A stretch of 64,000 nucleotides of DNA from a virus: the IMG/VR virus record IMGVR_UViG_3300036770_000877, positions 1-64,000 of that record; one strand, written 5' to 3'. Below the pieces are notes generated by a model. The model had not been told where the DNA came from and made no database searches. It saw only the letters and a program-made list of their open reading frames with translations. Positions within the stretch are counted from its first letter, which is position 1, and every line of letters begins with the position of its first letter. The position numbers were made by a program, and so were the translations under genes. Shown one piece after another: positions 37,860 through 49,041 of this stretch.

Positions 37860-38846
37860 TTAGGCATTAACTTTTACGTTCTTGACCACAACGAAAGCCT
37901 CTGGATTTTCAATTGCACATCCTGTTCTTACGAACATTGTGTATTCAATTGTATCCTTCTTTGGCTTGAATTCACGGTAAACCTGGATTTCACGCTTGAC
38001 ACCAACAACAAAGTTGTTAGCAAATGTCAAGTGGATATCTCCATGGTCACCTGTAGCACCTGAGTAATCTCCGTCTTGAGTCTCATCGATTAGAGGAACC
38101 TCAACGACTGGAATACCAAATGCGAATGGAATTACTCCACCTGGCGCACCTGCTGGTCCGTTTGGATTTCCACGAAGAATTGACGATGCAATGTCTTCTG
38201 GAGTTCCACCGTTACCAATGGTTGTCAAGTTATAGAGATAATCCTGCACAAGGTTTGAACCTGTAAAGAAACGTAGTTCATTACGACGTTGCTTGTACTT
38301 ACGTGGCATAGCCTTGATTGCATTGTTGAATACTGCCTTGCTGATGTTTGCACCGCCTGCGTTTACAACGTTAGCTGATTCAAGTGCAAGTGCACGGAAT
38401 CCCTTAAACGCTGACATTAGGCCTGAACCAGTTCCAACGCCGTTGATCAAAAGATCTTCGATGTCGTTACCAGCCTGAGTTGCCATAAGACGTGCAATGT
38501 GATCTTCGAGATCTGCACCTTCGATGTTATCTTCTAGTGCTTCGCTTGAAAGTTCCCAGTCAAGACGTAGTTTCTTTGTGGTAAGAGAAATCTTGGAGAA
38601 TGTAACTGCTGCATTAGCACCTGTTTGGGTAGCTTCTGTAGCAACTGTCATCAATCTAGTACCAACACCTACCTTATCAATGTCGGCAGTGTTAGAACGC
38701 ATACGAACTGTTCTGGCTGCACGGGCAAGGATTGTAGCATCAAACATGTAATCAATGAAACGGTTTGCCTGCTCTGTGTTTAGAAGACCACCATTTGCTG
38801 ATCCAACGTTAGTTGTGTCTACTACTTTTTGTAGAATATCGCTCAT
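37860..38846 (-). CDS. Major capsid protein (HK97 fold)
   Basis: GGLLNTEQANRFID, KKLRLDWELSSEALEDNIEG, EDLLINGVG; follows protease; start at ATG38846. Confidence 0.92.
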   Translation of the reverse strand: MSDILQKVVDTTNVGSANGGLLNTEQANRFIDYMFDATILARAARTVRMRSNTADIDKVGVGTRLMTVATEATQTGANAAVTFSKISLTTKKLRLDWELSSEALEDNIEGADLEDHIARLMATQAGNDIEDLLINGVGTGSGLMSAFKGFRALALESANVVNAGGANISKAVFNNAIKAMPRKYKQRRNELRFFTGSNLVQDYLYNLTTIGNGGTPEDIASSILRGNPNGPAGAPGGVIPFAFGIPVVEVPLIDETQDGDYSGATGDHGDIHLTFANNFVVGVKREIQVYREFKPKKDTIEYTMFVRTGCAIENPEAFVVVKNVKVNA

Positions 38847-38879
38847 TTTTTTATTTTTCACCTCCGTTATTTTTATAGA

Positions 38880-40190
38880 TTAGATGTTGCGGACGCTGAG
38901 GAAATGCCCGCCCCACTTACTTGTTGTTTTTTGTATTGTTACATCTGACCCGTCCAGATCAGAAGACTTGCGAATCGCAGTATCTTTCTCTACTCCGTCG
39001 ACCCTCTTTTCGACGCCTGAGATAGTTGACTTAATGTTATTGACAACCTCTGCGAGTTCATTATATTTATTGGTTACTTCAGCAATTTTCTGATCAACCT
39101 GTGTAGCAAGGCTTGATACTGCTTCCGCAGTAGCGGTCTTGCTAATTTCTGTTGAGATAAAGCTCTTCATTTCATCAAACATTTTTGCAAAGTCAGTCTC
39201 TTCAACTTCAACTTCGGAAATGTCTGCGGCTTCCTCAACAGCAGCAGGAGCTTCTTCGGCTTCTGCTTTCGGTGCCTCTTCGGTTGCTGGTGCTTCTGGA
39301 GCATCAGCTGACTTGGCGAGGTCCGTTTCTGTGACTTCTTCAACTTGAGCAACTTGCTCAGTTGTAGTCTCTTCAACGGTGTTTGTTGTATCTTCTGCCA
39401 CAGTAACACCTCCTTCTGTGTTTTGATTTGTTTCAACCTGTTTTGCAAAATCAGGTTGTACCTTAGACTGCTTGTATGCGTCAAGGATTCTTTCGATTTC
39501 TGCAGACTTATTTGTATCTGCTGTTTCTACCCAACCGATCATTTCAAGATTCTTATTTGTGGTTGGTGATGTAAATTCTGATTCTGTTGACAAATAAACT
39601 TCGTCTGTATCTTTATCGTAAAAAACATTTTCTACTTGAACTTCTGTTGCAATTCCTTTTAATACAGTTCCATCAATTGTCTTTTCAATAGAAACAATGT
39701 TTGATAATTGGTTTGCTGGATTGTCTACCAATGAAAGCTCTGTTAGATCATACTCTTTAATTACACGAATTGATTTTTCTAGTGTTGGATTATATTCATC
39801 AACGGCTTTTGTAATGTTCCCGCCGATTGAGAAACCTGATAGTGTGCCATCAAGAACTTTTTCCCAAGTATCTTGTGCGCCCTTTGATACATAAGCATTA
39901 ACAAATACTCCGCTGTATTCTTTTCCTGATGACTTGTCAAATAATTTTTCTTTACGGAAAGATACCATCTTACCTACTGCAAGAGGCTGGTGCATTTCAC
40001 GAATATTCCCACGGAATCTTTCGAATGCTTTAGCAGAAGCGTCTGAAGAAACAATGTCTCCATGCTGATCAATATTGTCTAGTGTGGCGAATCCTGATAC
40101 AATTCTTTTTTCCCTATCGATTTTTGCGATAGGCATCGATAGGCGGAGAGTGTCTCCGTCAGAATGCCAGTTTGCCTTTTTTATTTCCAT
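38880..40190 (-). CDS. Prohead maturation protease fused to scaffold-like C-terminus
   Basis: IVSGFAT..DQHGD..REMH..GFSIGG..ELSLVDNPAN; acidic Ala/Glu linker then coiled coil. Confidence 0.88.
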   Translation of the reverse strand: MEIKKANWHSDGDTLRLSMPIAKIDREKRIVSGFATLDNIDQHGDIVSSDASAKAFERFRGNIREMHQPLAVGKMVSFRKEKLFDKSSGKEYSGVFVNAYVSKGAQDTWEKVLDGTLSGFSIGGNITKAVDEYNPTLEKSIRVIKEYDLTELSLVDNPANQLSNIVSIEKTIDGTVLKGIATEVQVENVFYDKDTDEVYLSTESEFTSPTTNKNLEMIGWVETADTNKSAEIERILDAYKQSKVQPDFAKQVETNQNTEGGVTVAEDTTNTVEETTTEQVAQVEEVTETDLAKSADAPEAPATEEAPKAEAEEAPAAVEEAADISEVEVEETDFAKMFDEMKSFISTEISKTATAEAVSSLATQVDQKIAEVTNKYNELAEVVNNIKSTISGVEKRVDGVEKDTAIRKSSDLDGSDVTIQKTTSKWGGHFLSVRNI

Positions 40191-40231
40191 AGCAACACTA
40201 ATTTTATCAACTATTTGTTAGTAATGCAAAA

Positions 40232-41803
40232 TCAGGGCGTAATTCGACCTTCACCTTGAGGATTTCTTGCTTCACCGTTAGAGTCAGAAGCATTTGCTGT
40301 TCTCTCTTGATCTCTTCTTCGGTTTCCAGTTCCCCTCGCAGTTTGGTCAGAAGCCTGCTGTCCTGTTAGGACAACTGGCTCATCGCCGCCTGGTAAACCA
40401 GGCATTCCGAGTCTTGCACGAACTTCATTAGGCACAATGGTCTTCATTCGTAGGTATCTCTCATCAATCTTAGACTGGGTGTCTTCGTCTGTGAGTGTAA
40501 GTTCATTAAACTTTAAAACAAAAGCATCTGTAAATTCTGCAATTAGACGATTTAATTTCTTTTCTAAATTTCTTTGGGCTGGTCTAGCAACCTGCTCTTT
40601 AAATGTCTTATCTGCATCTTTAGCTGCTGCAAGAGAGACGCCCTCTGGCAGACCCAGTTTTGATATTGGGGTTCTATGTGCAATTAAAATTTCATCTCTA
40701 TTTGATTGACGATATTTGTTGAATGATGAATCTTGTACGTCCGCCTCAACAGCTTCCATCTTAAACTCAACCTTATTTCCTTCATCGTCTGCTGGAAGAG
40801 GAATATAAATTGATCTATGGTTCTTGCCCTTTAGATTGGTCTGGAAGAACTCAAGCAATTTGCGTTCTGCTTCACGGCTAAGAGTTGCACCCTTTACTGT
40901 AATTATATATCTTGGGACAGCTTTATTCTCAAAATAATCTAAATTAAATCTTGAAGCAAATTCATCTCCCGCTAGGGCAGTCTTTGCTGGAATAATATCT
41001 GGCACACCATAGTATCCATTTGTTGGTGTGTACTTCTTAATGTGAATAACTTCATTAGGACGAGCATCGTCTCCAATTGGATTAGGTGTCGAATCATCTT
41101 GAAAATTACGGAAGAATACTACCTTATTTCCGATTACCTGAACAAATCCATCTCTGTCCTTACGAACACGCATGGATGTTGCTGGAATATGTCCAACGAA
41201 ACCAATCTCTCCATTTACTTTTCGGCCAACTTCGATATAACCATTGCCAGTTGCTTCGAAATCTAGGTATACCTTTGTTAGTGTCTCTGTAAATGTATCC
41301 TCTTGGTTCATTGACTCAAGTAGGTCGTACAGGTCTTCTCTCATCCGCTCTAACTTAGCACGGAATCTTTGTAGGCTTTCTGGAGTATCAGAAAGATCTG
41401 CAATCTTTTCTTTCGTTGCACGAGTGTGCGAAAAATCATATCCCAAGCCAACAATATTTGCTGCCTTAGCATTACATGCCGCAAAGTGTGGCGATGATAC
41501 TTCGTAAATCTTAGCTAGATAATCTAGGTTGTATGGTGGAGTAATAACATCAAGGATGTCGTAACCCATAAGTATTTCTTGCTCATACTTTTTAGACCTT
41601 GCTTGTCCGTCTGCACCCTGTTGGAACTTCTGGATTAATCTTGTGTTCTTTCTTTTAAAGTTAGGAGAGAATCCACGATATTTAGATAGGTCCTCTGCCT
41701 TTACATAAAACGGATCTGACTCTTCTGCTGGTCTTTCTGTAAAGAAGTCTCCAGACAATACCGCAGATACTTCGTTTAAATTATCTTCTATTGCGTCTGA
41801 CAT
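40232..41803 (-). CDS. Portal protein
   Basis: TGNGYIEV, EVIHIKKYTP..YYGVPDI, YFENKAVP, PNEVRARLGMP. Confidence 0.92.
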   Translation of the reverse strand: MSDAIEDNLNEVSAVLSGDFFTERPAEESDPFYVKAEDLSKYRGFSPNFKRKNTRLIQKFQQGADGQARSKKYEQEILMGYDILDVITPPYNLDYLAKIYEVSSPHFAACNAKAANIVGLGYDFSHTRATKEKIADLSDTPESLQRFRAKLERMREDLYDLLESMNQEDTFTETLTKVYLDFEATGNGYIEVGRKVNGEIGFVGHIPATSMRVRKDRDGFVQVIGNKVVFFRNFQDDSTPNPIGDDARPNEVIHIKKYTPTNGYYGVPDIIPAKTALAGDEFASRFNLDYFENKAVPRYIITVKGATLSREAERKLLEFFQTNLKGKNHRSIYIPLPADDEGNKVEFKMEAVEADVQDSSFNKYRQSNRDEILIAHRTPISKLGLPEGVSLAAAKDADKTFKEQVARPAQRNLEKKLNRLIAEFTDAFVLKFNELTLTDEDTQSKIDERYLRMKTIVPNEVRARLGMPGLPGGDEPVVLTGQQASDQTARGTGNRRRDQERTANASDSNGEARNPQGEGRITP

Positions 41804-42132
41804 TAGTCGTTCCTCAAATTCTTTAGGCTATCTTTGTACTCACCAATATCCAGTGGATCTGGTGTTAGTCCCCACTTCAACCTCTGTTGCTGTTCTTCAT
41901 ACTCTTCATCGTTAATCTTTCTTTGTCCCGACAAAAATACTGCTTGGCCTGTTTGAATGCCATAACCTTTGATAGCTTCGGTAAGAGCGTTAATTCTATT
42001 TTGGTCTCCCTTAAATGCAGAAACTGATAAATAGTTTCCATTATCATCGCCTACCCAGCGTCCGTCTGGCATTTGCCACACATAAACCCCTAATCGGGTT
42101 TCTTCAACAATAGATGTTTTAATTGATTTCAT
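41803..42132 (-). CDS. Hypothetical protein coupled to portal (leaderless)
   Basis: TGG-TATCAT-6nt-ATG; TAATG overlap with portal. Confidence 0.7.
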   Translation of the reverse strand: MKSIKTSIVEETRLGVYVWQMPDGRWVGDDNGNYLSVSAFKGDQNRINALTEAIKGYGIQTGQAVFLSGQRKINDEEYEEQQQRLKWGLTPDPLDIGEYKDSLKNLRND

Positions 42133-42192
42133 ATAGTAATGATACCATCTTTTATTGCAAATAGCCAGAGTTTGTAATAGAATATGCCAAAA

Positions 42193-44637
42193 CTATGCTC
42201 TTTGCCAGGCAACTAGGTACGGAGTAAGGCCATAATCAATTATATTAAACGCAATTTGTTCCTCGCCCAAGCTTTCTTGGGGAGACCCTACAAGAACCTC
42301 ATACTCTGTTTCGGCATCAAACTGATCTAGGGTATATGCGGCCATAGCAAATAAGCCAAGAGTAATGTCCGTCTGATTTGCTCCCGCATCATCTGAACCC
42401 ACATATATATTAGATCCAGCATTAATCTTTGAAGTCGACGTTAATACAACATGTACCCAATCGTTTATCATAGCTTGATTGTTAAATGATTCTTGTCCAT
42501 TTACATACATCTTAGAAAATCCTGAATGCTGCCAAGAAGTCCCGTCCCAGTATAAAGATTTTGAGCCAGACTCCAAAATGTACGTATTTGCCACTAAAGG
42601 TACATTTATCTTAAATACCATGGAAATAGACTTAGTTCCGTTAAATCCTCCAGAATCATAATTACTTGATTGAGACGGGATTGTTAAATATGAATCTCCA
42701 GATAATCTAATACCAGACTGATCTAGTCTATCTAATACTTCGACATCATCATCAAATATAATCGCATCATCGATATTTACTATTGTTGCAGATTCATTTG
42801 TATTATCTGAAACCACCCGCTTCATTCCTTGGGTATATGCATATAGACCAATGTTTGACAAGATTGGCAGATCGTCTTCGGAGTCATTAGTAAATAATGT
42901 AGCTTTTATATTATATTCCGTTACCTGATTTGCAGGGTTATCTACCAGAGTAGGCATAGAAGCCATTCTAGGCCATTGTAAGCCGTTATTATAGGTAACT
43001 GATACATTTGATGAGGAAGTTGTATAAAAGGCCAGAGAACCGCTGTAATCGACAGCAGGCAATGTTATAAGGCCTTCTATCTTTCCATATTGAGACCATT
43101 TAAGATTGTTATTCATCTTGAGAATGAATGTTGCTTCTTCATTATATAATGTGTAATCAGTTAAGCTTTCATTCTGAATTCCTGATTTAATTGCTATCCA
43201 AGTTACTGGACATACGGCATATAGGTCATTTACTTTTCCTACATATAAATCTGTTATTGTTTGCAAGTAGTCTACGGATGTAAATATGCTTGATCCATTT
43301 AGGTATACATTAAGAGAGCCTACTTTATTTTCTATTAGGATCTCATTCCATCCCGCCGCAGGGCTTGTTGTAGTTGTAGTATCAATACCGTTTAGACTAA
43401 AAACAAAATCATCTGAGGCATCTACTCTAATATTAAAACTCTGGCTTGACTGAAAATTATACATCGATACTAGACCTTTTTCTGGTGCTAGTGGATTATG
43501 ATAAAAGCTTAGAGATACTGCTGTACCACTTTCTGCCAATCTTATAACTGTTGATAAATCAAGGTAGGCCCCAGCCCCCAGGGACAAGCAGTTTCTGGCA
43601 TCTACTACAGAATGAGTTTCAGTACCACCAGATACCGTAGCGTGTGATATGTATCTTAAAGATACTTGATTATTTGAATTAACAAGAGCGTTATCAAAAT
43701 CAAATCCTGTCCAATTATTGGCGAACTTATAGGCTAGCAGGCAGTCTTTATTACTTGGTTCATAGTAAACCTGAGAGTTTGCATTATAGTATCTGTCTTT
43801 AAGAATTGTTTTTCTTGATAAGTTCATGTGCTCTGCTGCACGAACATAATCTAATACATATCCATATAGAGCAACTGCGTCAACTGTTATGTCGTAATTA
43901 TCAGATCCATAAGTTCTCATGGCTCCTGGGTTTTGGCTAAACTGAAATATTTCAGATAAATCTGCAGATGATTTTGTTGATACATTTACTCCATTTACAA
44001 TTAAAGATATTCCATTAGATGAATAGTTGGCAACAATGTGATATCTCCTCTTCCAGTCTGGAACCTGATAAGAAACATAATAATTTATTAGTGGGTCTGG
44101 CCTAAAATAAATCTTGTTCTTATAAACATAAACTCCATAAGGAGCTAATACTGTTGCATTTAATATTTGATCATATGTCTCAAATGCAGCTAAGACATCT
44201 GAGTATGTGTCGTAGTCGTCAATTAAATCTGTATATGTCTGTATCAAAGAGTTTTCTGATGTTTGTAAGCTGGCTTTGTTTCCAAACAATACAATTTCTT
44301 CAGAGATAGAAAGAGAGTCTTCATTTAATTTAAAATAAAGCTCTACGCTAAATGATTGATTGCTTTTTCCTTTTGTCCATAGGCTACCGTCAATCCATGA
44401 CTGTCCCGACCCTGAAGCACCTGGTATTGGATAATAAATGCTAGCAGTAGAATCTGTTAGCCTAGTACCATAAATACCATTGGCTACCAATGGTATTGCT
44501 TCATCGAATATCGATCCAGTATATGCGCCATTAGAACCACTGCCTGTGGCCTCTCTAGCTATACCAGTCGTAACGTCGTCATCTAAAGGCCAAAAAGACA
44601 GCGGGTTCTGAGATATAATTACTTCTCTGTAACCCAT
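42193..44637 (-). CDS. LamG/concanavalin-A-like multidomain virion protein
   Basis: YREVIISQNPLSFWPLDD, FSVELYF, YHIVANY, DAVALY, DWVHVVLT. Confidence 0.75.
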   Translation of the reverse strand: MGYREVIISQNPLSFWPLDDDVTTGIAREATGSGSNGAYTGSIFDEAIPLVANGIYGTRLTDSTASIYYPIPGASGSGQSWIDGSLWTKGKSNQSFSVELYFKLNEDSLSISEEIVLFGNKASLQTSENSLIQTYTDLIDDYDTYSDVLAAFETYDQILNATVLAPYGVYVYKNKIYFRPDPLINYYVSYQVPDWKRRYHIVANYSSNGISLIVNGVNVSTKSSADLSEIFQFSQNPGAMRTYGSDNYDITVDAVALYGYVLDYVRAAEHMNLSRKTILKDRYYNANSQVYYEPSNKDCLLAYKFANNWTGFDFDNALVNSNNQVSLRYISHATVSGGTETHSVVDARNCLSLGAGAYLDLSTVIRLAESGTAVSLSFYHNPLAPEKGLVSMYNFQSSQSFNIRVDASDDFVFSLNGIDTTTTTSPAAGWNEILIENKVGSLNVYLNGSSIFTSVDYLQTITDLYVGKVNDLYAVCPVTWIAIKSGIQNESLTDYTLYNEEATFILKMNNNLKWSQYGKIEGLITLPAVDYSGSLAFYTTSSSNVSVTYNNGLQWPRMASMPTLVDNPANQVTEYNIKATLFTNDSEDDLPILSNIGLYAYTQGMKRVVSDNTNESATIVNIDDAIIFDDDVEVLDRLDQSGIRLSGDSYLTIPSQSSNYDSGGFNGTKSISMVFKINVPLVANTYILESGSKSLYWDGTSWQHSGFSKMYVNGQESFNNQAMINDWVHVVLTSTSKINAGSNIYVGSDDAGANQTDITLGLFAMAAYTLDQFDAETEYEVLVGSPQESLGEEQIAFNIIDYGLTPYLVAWQRA

Positions 44638-44651
44638 AATATTCCCTACTA

Positions 44652-44855
44652 CTAAGCTAGAACAGCTGTTATTTGAGCTTGCTTTTCTGCAATTGAAGCA
44701 TTGAGCTCAGCAATCTTATCTGAGTCAGGAGATGTCTTTGCATTTTCTGCAATTTTTTCTACCTCAAGTGCGTACATCTGGTATTCAAGACTTCTTGCAG
44801 CCGCCTCTTGGATAGCTGTTTTTTCGTCTTCAGTTAGTTTTGTGTATGTTGGCAT
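44652..44855 (-). CDS. Small helical protein
   Basis: AGGAGG RBS and TGA-TATAAT promoter upstream. Confidence 0.7.
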   Translation of the reverse strand: MPTYTKLTEDEKTAIQEAAARSLEYQMYALEVEKIAENAKTSPDSDKIAELNASIAEKQAQITAVLA

Positions 44856-44885
44856 TTTTCCTCCTTTCCAAATTATATCAGTATA

Positions 44886-45065
44886 TTATAAATCTGACAA
44901 TAGGTCTTGGCACACCTGCTTTTTTAATATAGCATCGTCCAATATTAACCTATTTGATTCTTTATCAGGGCCAACCTCATCTGCATATGGGGTAAGCCTT
45001 TCTATTAAATCTTCTAGTCTCTGTATTTCAGATAACAAGAATTCTGTTTTATCGCTTATGTTCAT
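44886..45065 (-). CDS. Small helical protein
   Basis: TAATG-coupled to the upstream FN3 gene. Confidence 0.55.
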   Translation of the reverse strand: MNISDKTEFLLSEIQRLEDLIERLTPYADEVGPDKESNRLILDDAILKKQVCQDLLSDL

Positions 45066-47101
45066 TATAGCCACGCAGTATAACTTGAGTAGGAAGAGTT
45101 TCCTGCAGAGTTAGTTGCTCTTGCCCTCCATCTAGCATAAGAATAAGTTGAGCTATTTCTTGTAACTGTTTTTGTTCCGCTTCCGCTTACGCTACCAGAA
45201 GCAGAAGCTTCAACGGTAGAGGTATTGGAATCAGAAAGTTGTAGATCCCAGTCATAACCAGTTGGTGTTCCACCAGAACCCTGGTTAATTGTAAGAGTCC
45301 AAGTATAGTATCCGTTTATGTATCCATCATAATTATTTGACACCGACGGTACCCCAGGAGTTGTAACTGCAGATGTTGTAGATGCAGTAGCTGGACCAGA
45401 CCAAGCGGAAGTTCCCCCTGGACCAACTGATCTAACCCAAACATACCATGTTGTTCCAGATGCTAAACCACTAATTGTTTTAGATGTACCAGTTTGATTA
45501 AAATCTACATAACTTCCTGGATTATAGTTGGTGCTATTATAGTAAATATCATATGAAGTAGTATTAGCCATTGCATTCCAAGATGCCGTTATTGAAGATG
45601 TTCCTCCAGAAGATGCACTTAGTCCAGTAGGAGCGCTTGGTGCTGGTACTGGATATGTTCCAGAACTTGTTCCAGTTCCGCTAGTAGCATCAGACAAACT
45701 AAGGCTACTTGATCCAGATAGTGTTCCAGCTAACGAGGCCCCCGTTGTATAAGCAGTAACTGAAGAAACAGATATATTAGTTCCAGCAAGTGTCAGGGAG
45801 TTTCCATTCACCTGTTGACTTCCAGAAGATCCATCTGCAACATAACTAACAATATAATAAGAAGCTCCACTAGAACTTGTCCAAGATATCGTTGCCTGCT
45901 TATTTGTATTTACTGCATAAACTCCTACAGAGTAACTGCTACCTGGTGTTGCTCCCCAGTTATCATTTGTAACATATCTAGCATTAGATCTGTATCCTTC
46001 TGAACCGCCGCTGATATAAGAAAAATAATAACTAGCATTAGATGTAGCATTCCAGGTATAACTAACGTTGTTTGAGGCAAATGTTAGTCCAGAAACTGAT
46101 GGTGTACCAGGAGTTGCTGTAGCATTTGATATGCTATAAGTAAAAGCACTTAATGTTGTAATTGTTGCAGTTGAGCTATAAGTATATCCAGATCTTTTAT
46201 CTGAAGTTGCTACAGAATACTGTACTGCGTAACCTTGATAATTTGTCGATCTTGGTGCAATTGTATAAAAAGTTGTAGACGAGTTAGCGTTGGTATAAAT
46301 TTCCGTTATTGTTTGACCAACTGAATACCCAGATGCCGAAACAGTTTTCCAAGGGGATCCCGATCCAAAAGTACCAACCCAAATTTCATATGAAGAAGCT
46401 CCAGCTACATGCTGCCACTGAATAATAACCTGCCTGTTTGAATTAACAGATCTAATACCTACTTGAACATTTCCAGCCGTACCAGTTCCAGAATATGTTC
46501 TATTTATTTGATCAAAGCTAGATATAGAACCGTTAGTTGTAGTATATTCATAAGCGGTTGTATTTGCGGTTGCTGACCATGATCCAGAGTAGGTACCCGT
46601 CCCAGTACTAATGCTTACAGAACTTGGAGAGCTTGGTGTAATTGTATAATCATAAACTGTTGCGGATGCAAGATATGGCAACTCTATAACTGATGTAGAA
46701 ACTGTAATAGGTGTTTGACCTCTACTGTTTGTTGCTGTTATGGTTACTGAAATAACTGTTTCAACATCATCTGATGTAGTTGTATACGTTTGAGATGTTG
46801 CACCAGATATATTTGCGCCATTTCTTTTCCATTGATAAGAGTATGAAGTTGGATTATATGCATCTTCATTTCTCCAAGTACCGCTACTAATTGAATAAGT
46901 TGATCCTAGTCTTCCTATAGAACCAACTGTAGCCACTATAGATGGGTATACAATTATGGATGGGTATTCTGGATAATTAATCTTCCATGAAGATCCATTC
47001 CAAATCCATCCTCTTACGGCTTTTTTAAATGTAGAATTGTTATAAACATTTAATTTTATTGCTTGCTTAAAATCTGAACCATTGTATATTTTTAAAGCCA
47101 T
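45065..47101 (-). CDS. Ser/Thr-rich Ig/FN3-domain fibre/adhesin protein
   Basis: YSYQWKRNGANISGATSQTY (Ig-like); APTGLSA...GLASGTTWYVWVRS (FN3). Confidence 0.75.
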   Translation of the reverse strand: MALKIYNGSDFKQAIKLNVYNNSTFKKAVRGWIWNGSSWKINYPEYPSIIVYPSIVATVGSIGRLGSTYSISSGTWRNEDAYNPTSYSYQWKRNGANISGATSQTYTTTSDDVETVISVTITATNSRGQTPITVSTSVIELPYLASATVYDYTITPSSPSSVSISTGTGTYSGSWSATANTTAYEYTTTNGSISSFDQINRTYSGTGTAGNVQVGIRSVNSNRQVIIQWQHVAGASSYEIWVGTFGSGSPWKTVSASGYSVGQTITEIYTNANSSTTFYTIAPRSTNYQGYAVQYSVATSDKRSGYTYSSTATITTLSAFTYSISNATATPGTPSVSGLTFASNNVSYTWNATSNASYYFSYISGGSEGYRSNARYVTNDNWGATPGSSYSVGVYAVNTNKQATISWTSSSGASYYIVSYVADGSSGSQQVNGNSLTLAGTNISVSSVTAYTTGASLAGTLSGSSSLSLSDATSGTGTSSGTYPVPAPSAPTGLSASSGGTSSITASWNAMANTTSYDIYYNSTNYNPGSYVDFNQTGTSKTISGLASGTTWYVWVRSVGPGGTSAWSGPATASTTSAVTTPGVPSVSNNYDGYINGYYTWTLTINQGSGGTPTGYDWDLQLSDSNTSTVEASASGSVSGSGTKTVTRNSSTYSYARWRARATNSAGNSSYSSYTAWL

Positions 47102-47103
47102 GG

Positions 47104-48999
47104 TTAAGCCTCATGCTGTATATATATGTCGCCAGCAACTAGATTAGAAACTGGTTGTGTTCCACTGCTATTATAATAAACCTTATTAGCATTTCCAGGT
47201 GTTGTACCATTAGAGTATGCTGATGTTGTTATTTGTGCCCATGAAGCCGTGGTGCCATTTGTTGTAAGAAAATAACCAGAAAATCCAGATTGAGAAGGAA
47301 GATCACTTACCGTAGTAGATCCACCCAAAGTAACGTTAGTTCCATTAATTGTTATGTAGTTATATTCTAGTTCGCTATTTAATACACTTGCTGTGCTTGT
47401 CAATATACCCGATGAATTTGTTTTTACAAATCCAGATATTACAAGCGGGGTTGTTATTGAACCAGTAAATATTGGAGATTCTGATGGAGCACGAGTATCT
47501 ATTTGATCTTGTAAGTTGCTTTTAGCATTATCTAGATATGATATCTCTGTATCGGTAATATTTGCTACCGCATTTTGTAATTTTACCCATGTGCCACCGT
47601 GGGCAAAACTCATAGTCCCATCTTGATGAGAGTGTGCTAGTGCACCATGATATGTTGAAGCACTTGGAAACTCTGTCTGATTGTTGTAATAAAAAGGAAT
47701 TATATTTGAAACAGCTGGTGCTGTAATTGCCCCTGTATCAGATATAGTTACAAGAGAGTCTTGTAAAAGCTTACCAGTTGTAGCATCAAATCTTACTATT
47801 GCGTTATCTGTTGAAGAAGCTGGACCTACTACATCTCCTAAACCGCCGCCTGTTGATGTTACCGTTGCCCATGAAACGCTTGTTCCATCTGTAGTTAAAT
47901 ACTTACCAGAATTTCCTGTTTGTGATGGATAAACTCCGCTTAATGTTGCTCCAGTAAAATTAACACTTCCAGTAAATGTTGGGGAAGCTAGTGGTGCCTT
48001 TAAGTCTAAAGCAGACTGAGTAGCGGTAGATATTGGCTTGTTAGCATCTGATGTATTATCGACATTTGCTAACCCAACCATTCCTTTTGTAATACCAGAT
48101 ACCGTTCCTGTAAATGTTGGATTATTTAATGGGGCTTTTGCTGCCAAAGAGTTTGTTACGGTTGTGGCAAATGATGCGTCTCCGCCTAATGCGTCTGATA
48201 ATTCTTTTAATGTATCTAGGGCTGCTGGAGCAGAGTTTACAAGATTGGATATTGCTGTATCTGTATATATGTTTGCTGCTGATTGTGCTGCCGCCGCAGA
48301 TCCATCTGCGTCATACAGAATGTCTGCTTCTGATTGTGTTAAATATTGTGGATGTGGGTCTGCTGCTGCTAGGTGTCCAGAAAGATCTCCACCAGTAGCA
48401 CTAATTGTAATTGTGTCTGTAAGTGGATCTGTTGTAATTGTAACATTGCTTCCAGCGGTAAGATTAAGAGTGTCAACTGTAGAGTCTGCAGATACTGTAG
48501 TCTGACCTGAAACTGCTATGTTAGAAAATGTATTTGGAACTACTGTTCCTACTGCTGCAACGTTTGCCCATTTGGTTCCTGTTGCAGTTGTGGAGTCGGA
48601 AACCAAAACATAATCGTTGGTTCCTGGAGTAATAATAGAAACACCGCCAGCGGTACCAATTGGGATAGCTCCCTTTACTCCGCTAATTGCTGATGTATTT
48701 AAATAATCTGTATGGACATGTGATAACCCTGAATAAAGGGTGTCATGTGTATGTGTATTTTGAGAATATCCTGCAAGGTCTGACGTCTCTAGGTATTCTG
48801 TATGGGTATGTGTTGTATTTGCATAAACCCCCTCATGTGTGTGAGTGGTTGTAGCGTAAACGCCATTATGAGTGTGGGTAGTCTGTGAATAATTATTTAA
48901 ACTAGTATCTACTGCTTGTGCGAGTAATTGAATGTCCTGTGGGACATTTGGGTCATCAGACGAGGTGGGATATGGGAATCCCTTACTGGTATTTGGCAT
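47104..48999 (-). CDS. Fibre shaft protein with HxH repeats
   Basis: Five HxH motifs; HLAAADPHPQY, APAALDTLKELSDAL, KAPLASPTFTG (P2 gpH-like fibre motifs). Confidence 0.75.
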   Translation of the reverse strand: MPNTSKGFPYPTSSDDPNVPQDIQLLAQAVDTSLNNYSQTTHTHNGVYATTTHTHEGVYANTTHTHTEYLETSDLAGYSQNTHTHDTLYSGLSHVHTDYLNTSAISGVKGAIPIGTAGGVSIITPGTNDYVLVSDSTTATGTKWANVAAVGTVVPNTFSNIAVSGQTTVSADSTVDTLNLTAGSNVTITTDPLTDTITISATGGDLSGHLAAADPHPQYLTQSEADILYDADGSAAAAQSAANIYTDTAISNLVNSAPAALDTLKELSDALGGDASFATTVTNSLAAKAPLNNPTFTGTVSGITKGMVGLANVDNTSDANKPISTATQSALDLKAPLASPTFTGSVNFTGATLSGVYPSQTGNSGKYLTTDGTSVSWATVTSTGGGLGDVVGPASSTDNAIVRFDATTGKLLQDSLVTISDTGAITAPAVSNIIPFYYNNQTEFPSASTYHGALAHSHQDGTMSFAHGGTWVKLQNAVANITDTEISYLDNAKSNLQDQIDTRAPSESPIFTGSITTPLVISGFVKTNSSGILTSTASVLNSELEYNYITINGTNVTLGGSTTVSDLPSQSGFSGYFLTTNGTTASWAQITTSAYSNGTTPGNANKVYYNSSGTQPVSNLVAGDIYIQHEA

Positions 49000-49041
49000 T
49001 TATTCTCCTTGGTCTATTATACCAATTATAAGTGCTAAAGG

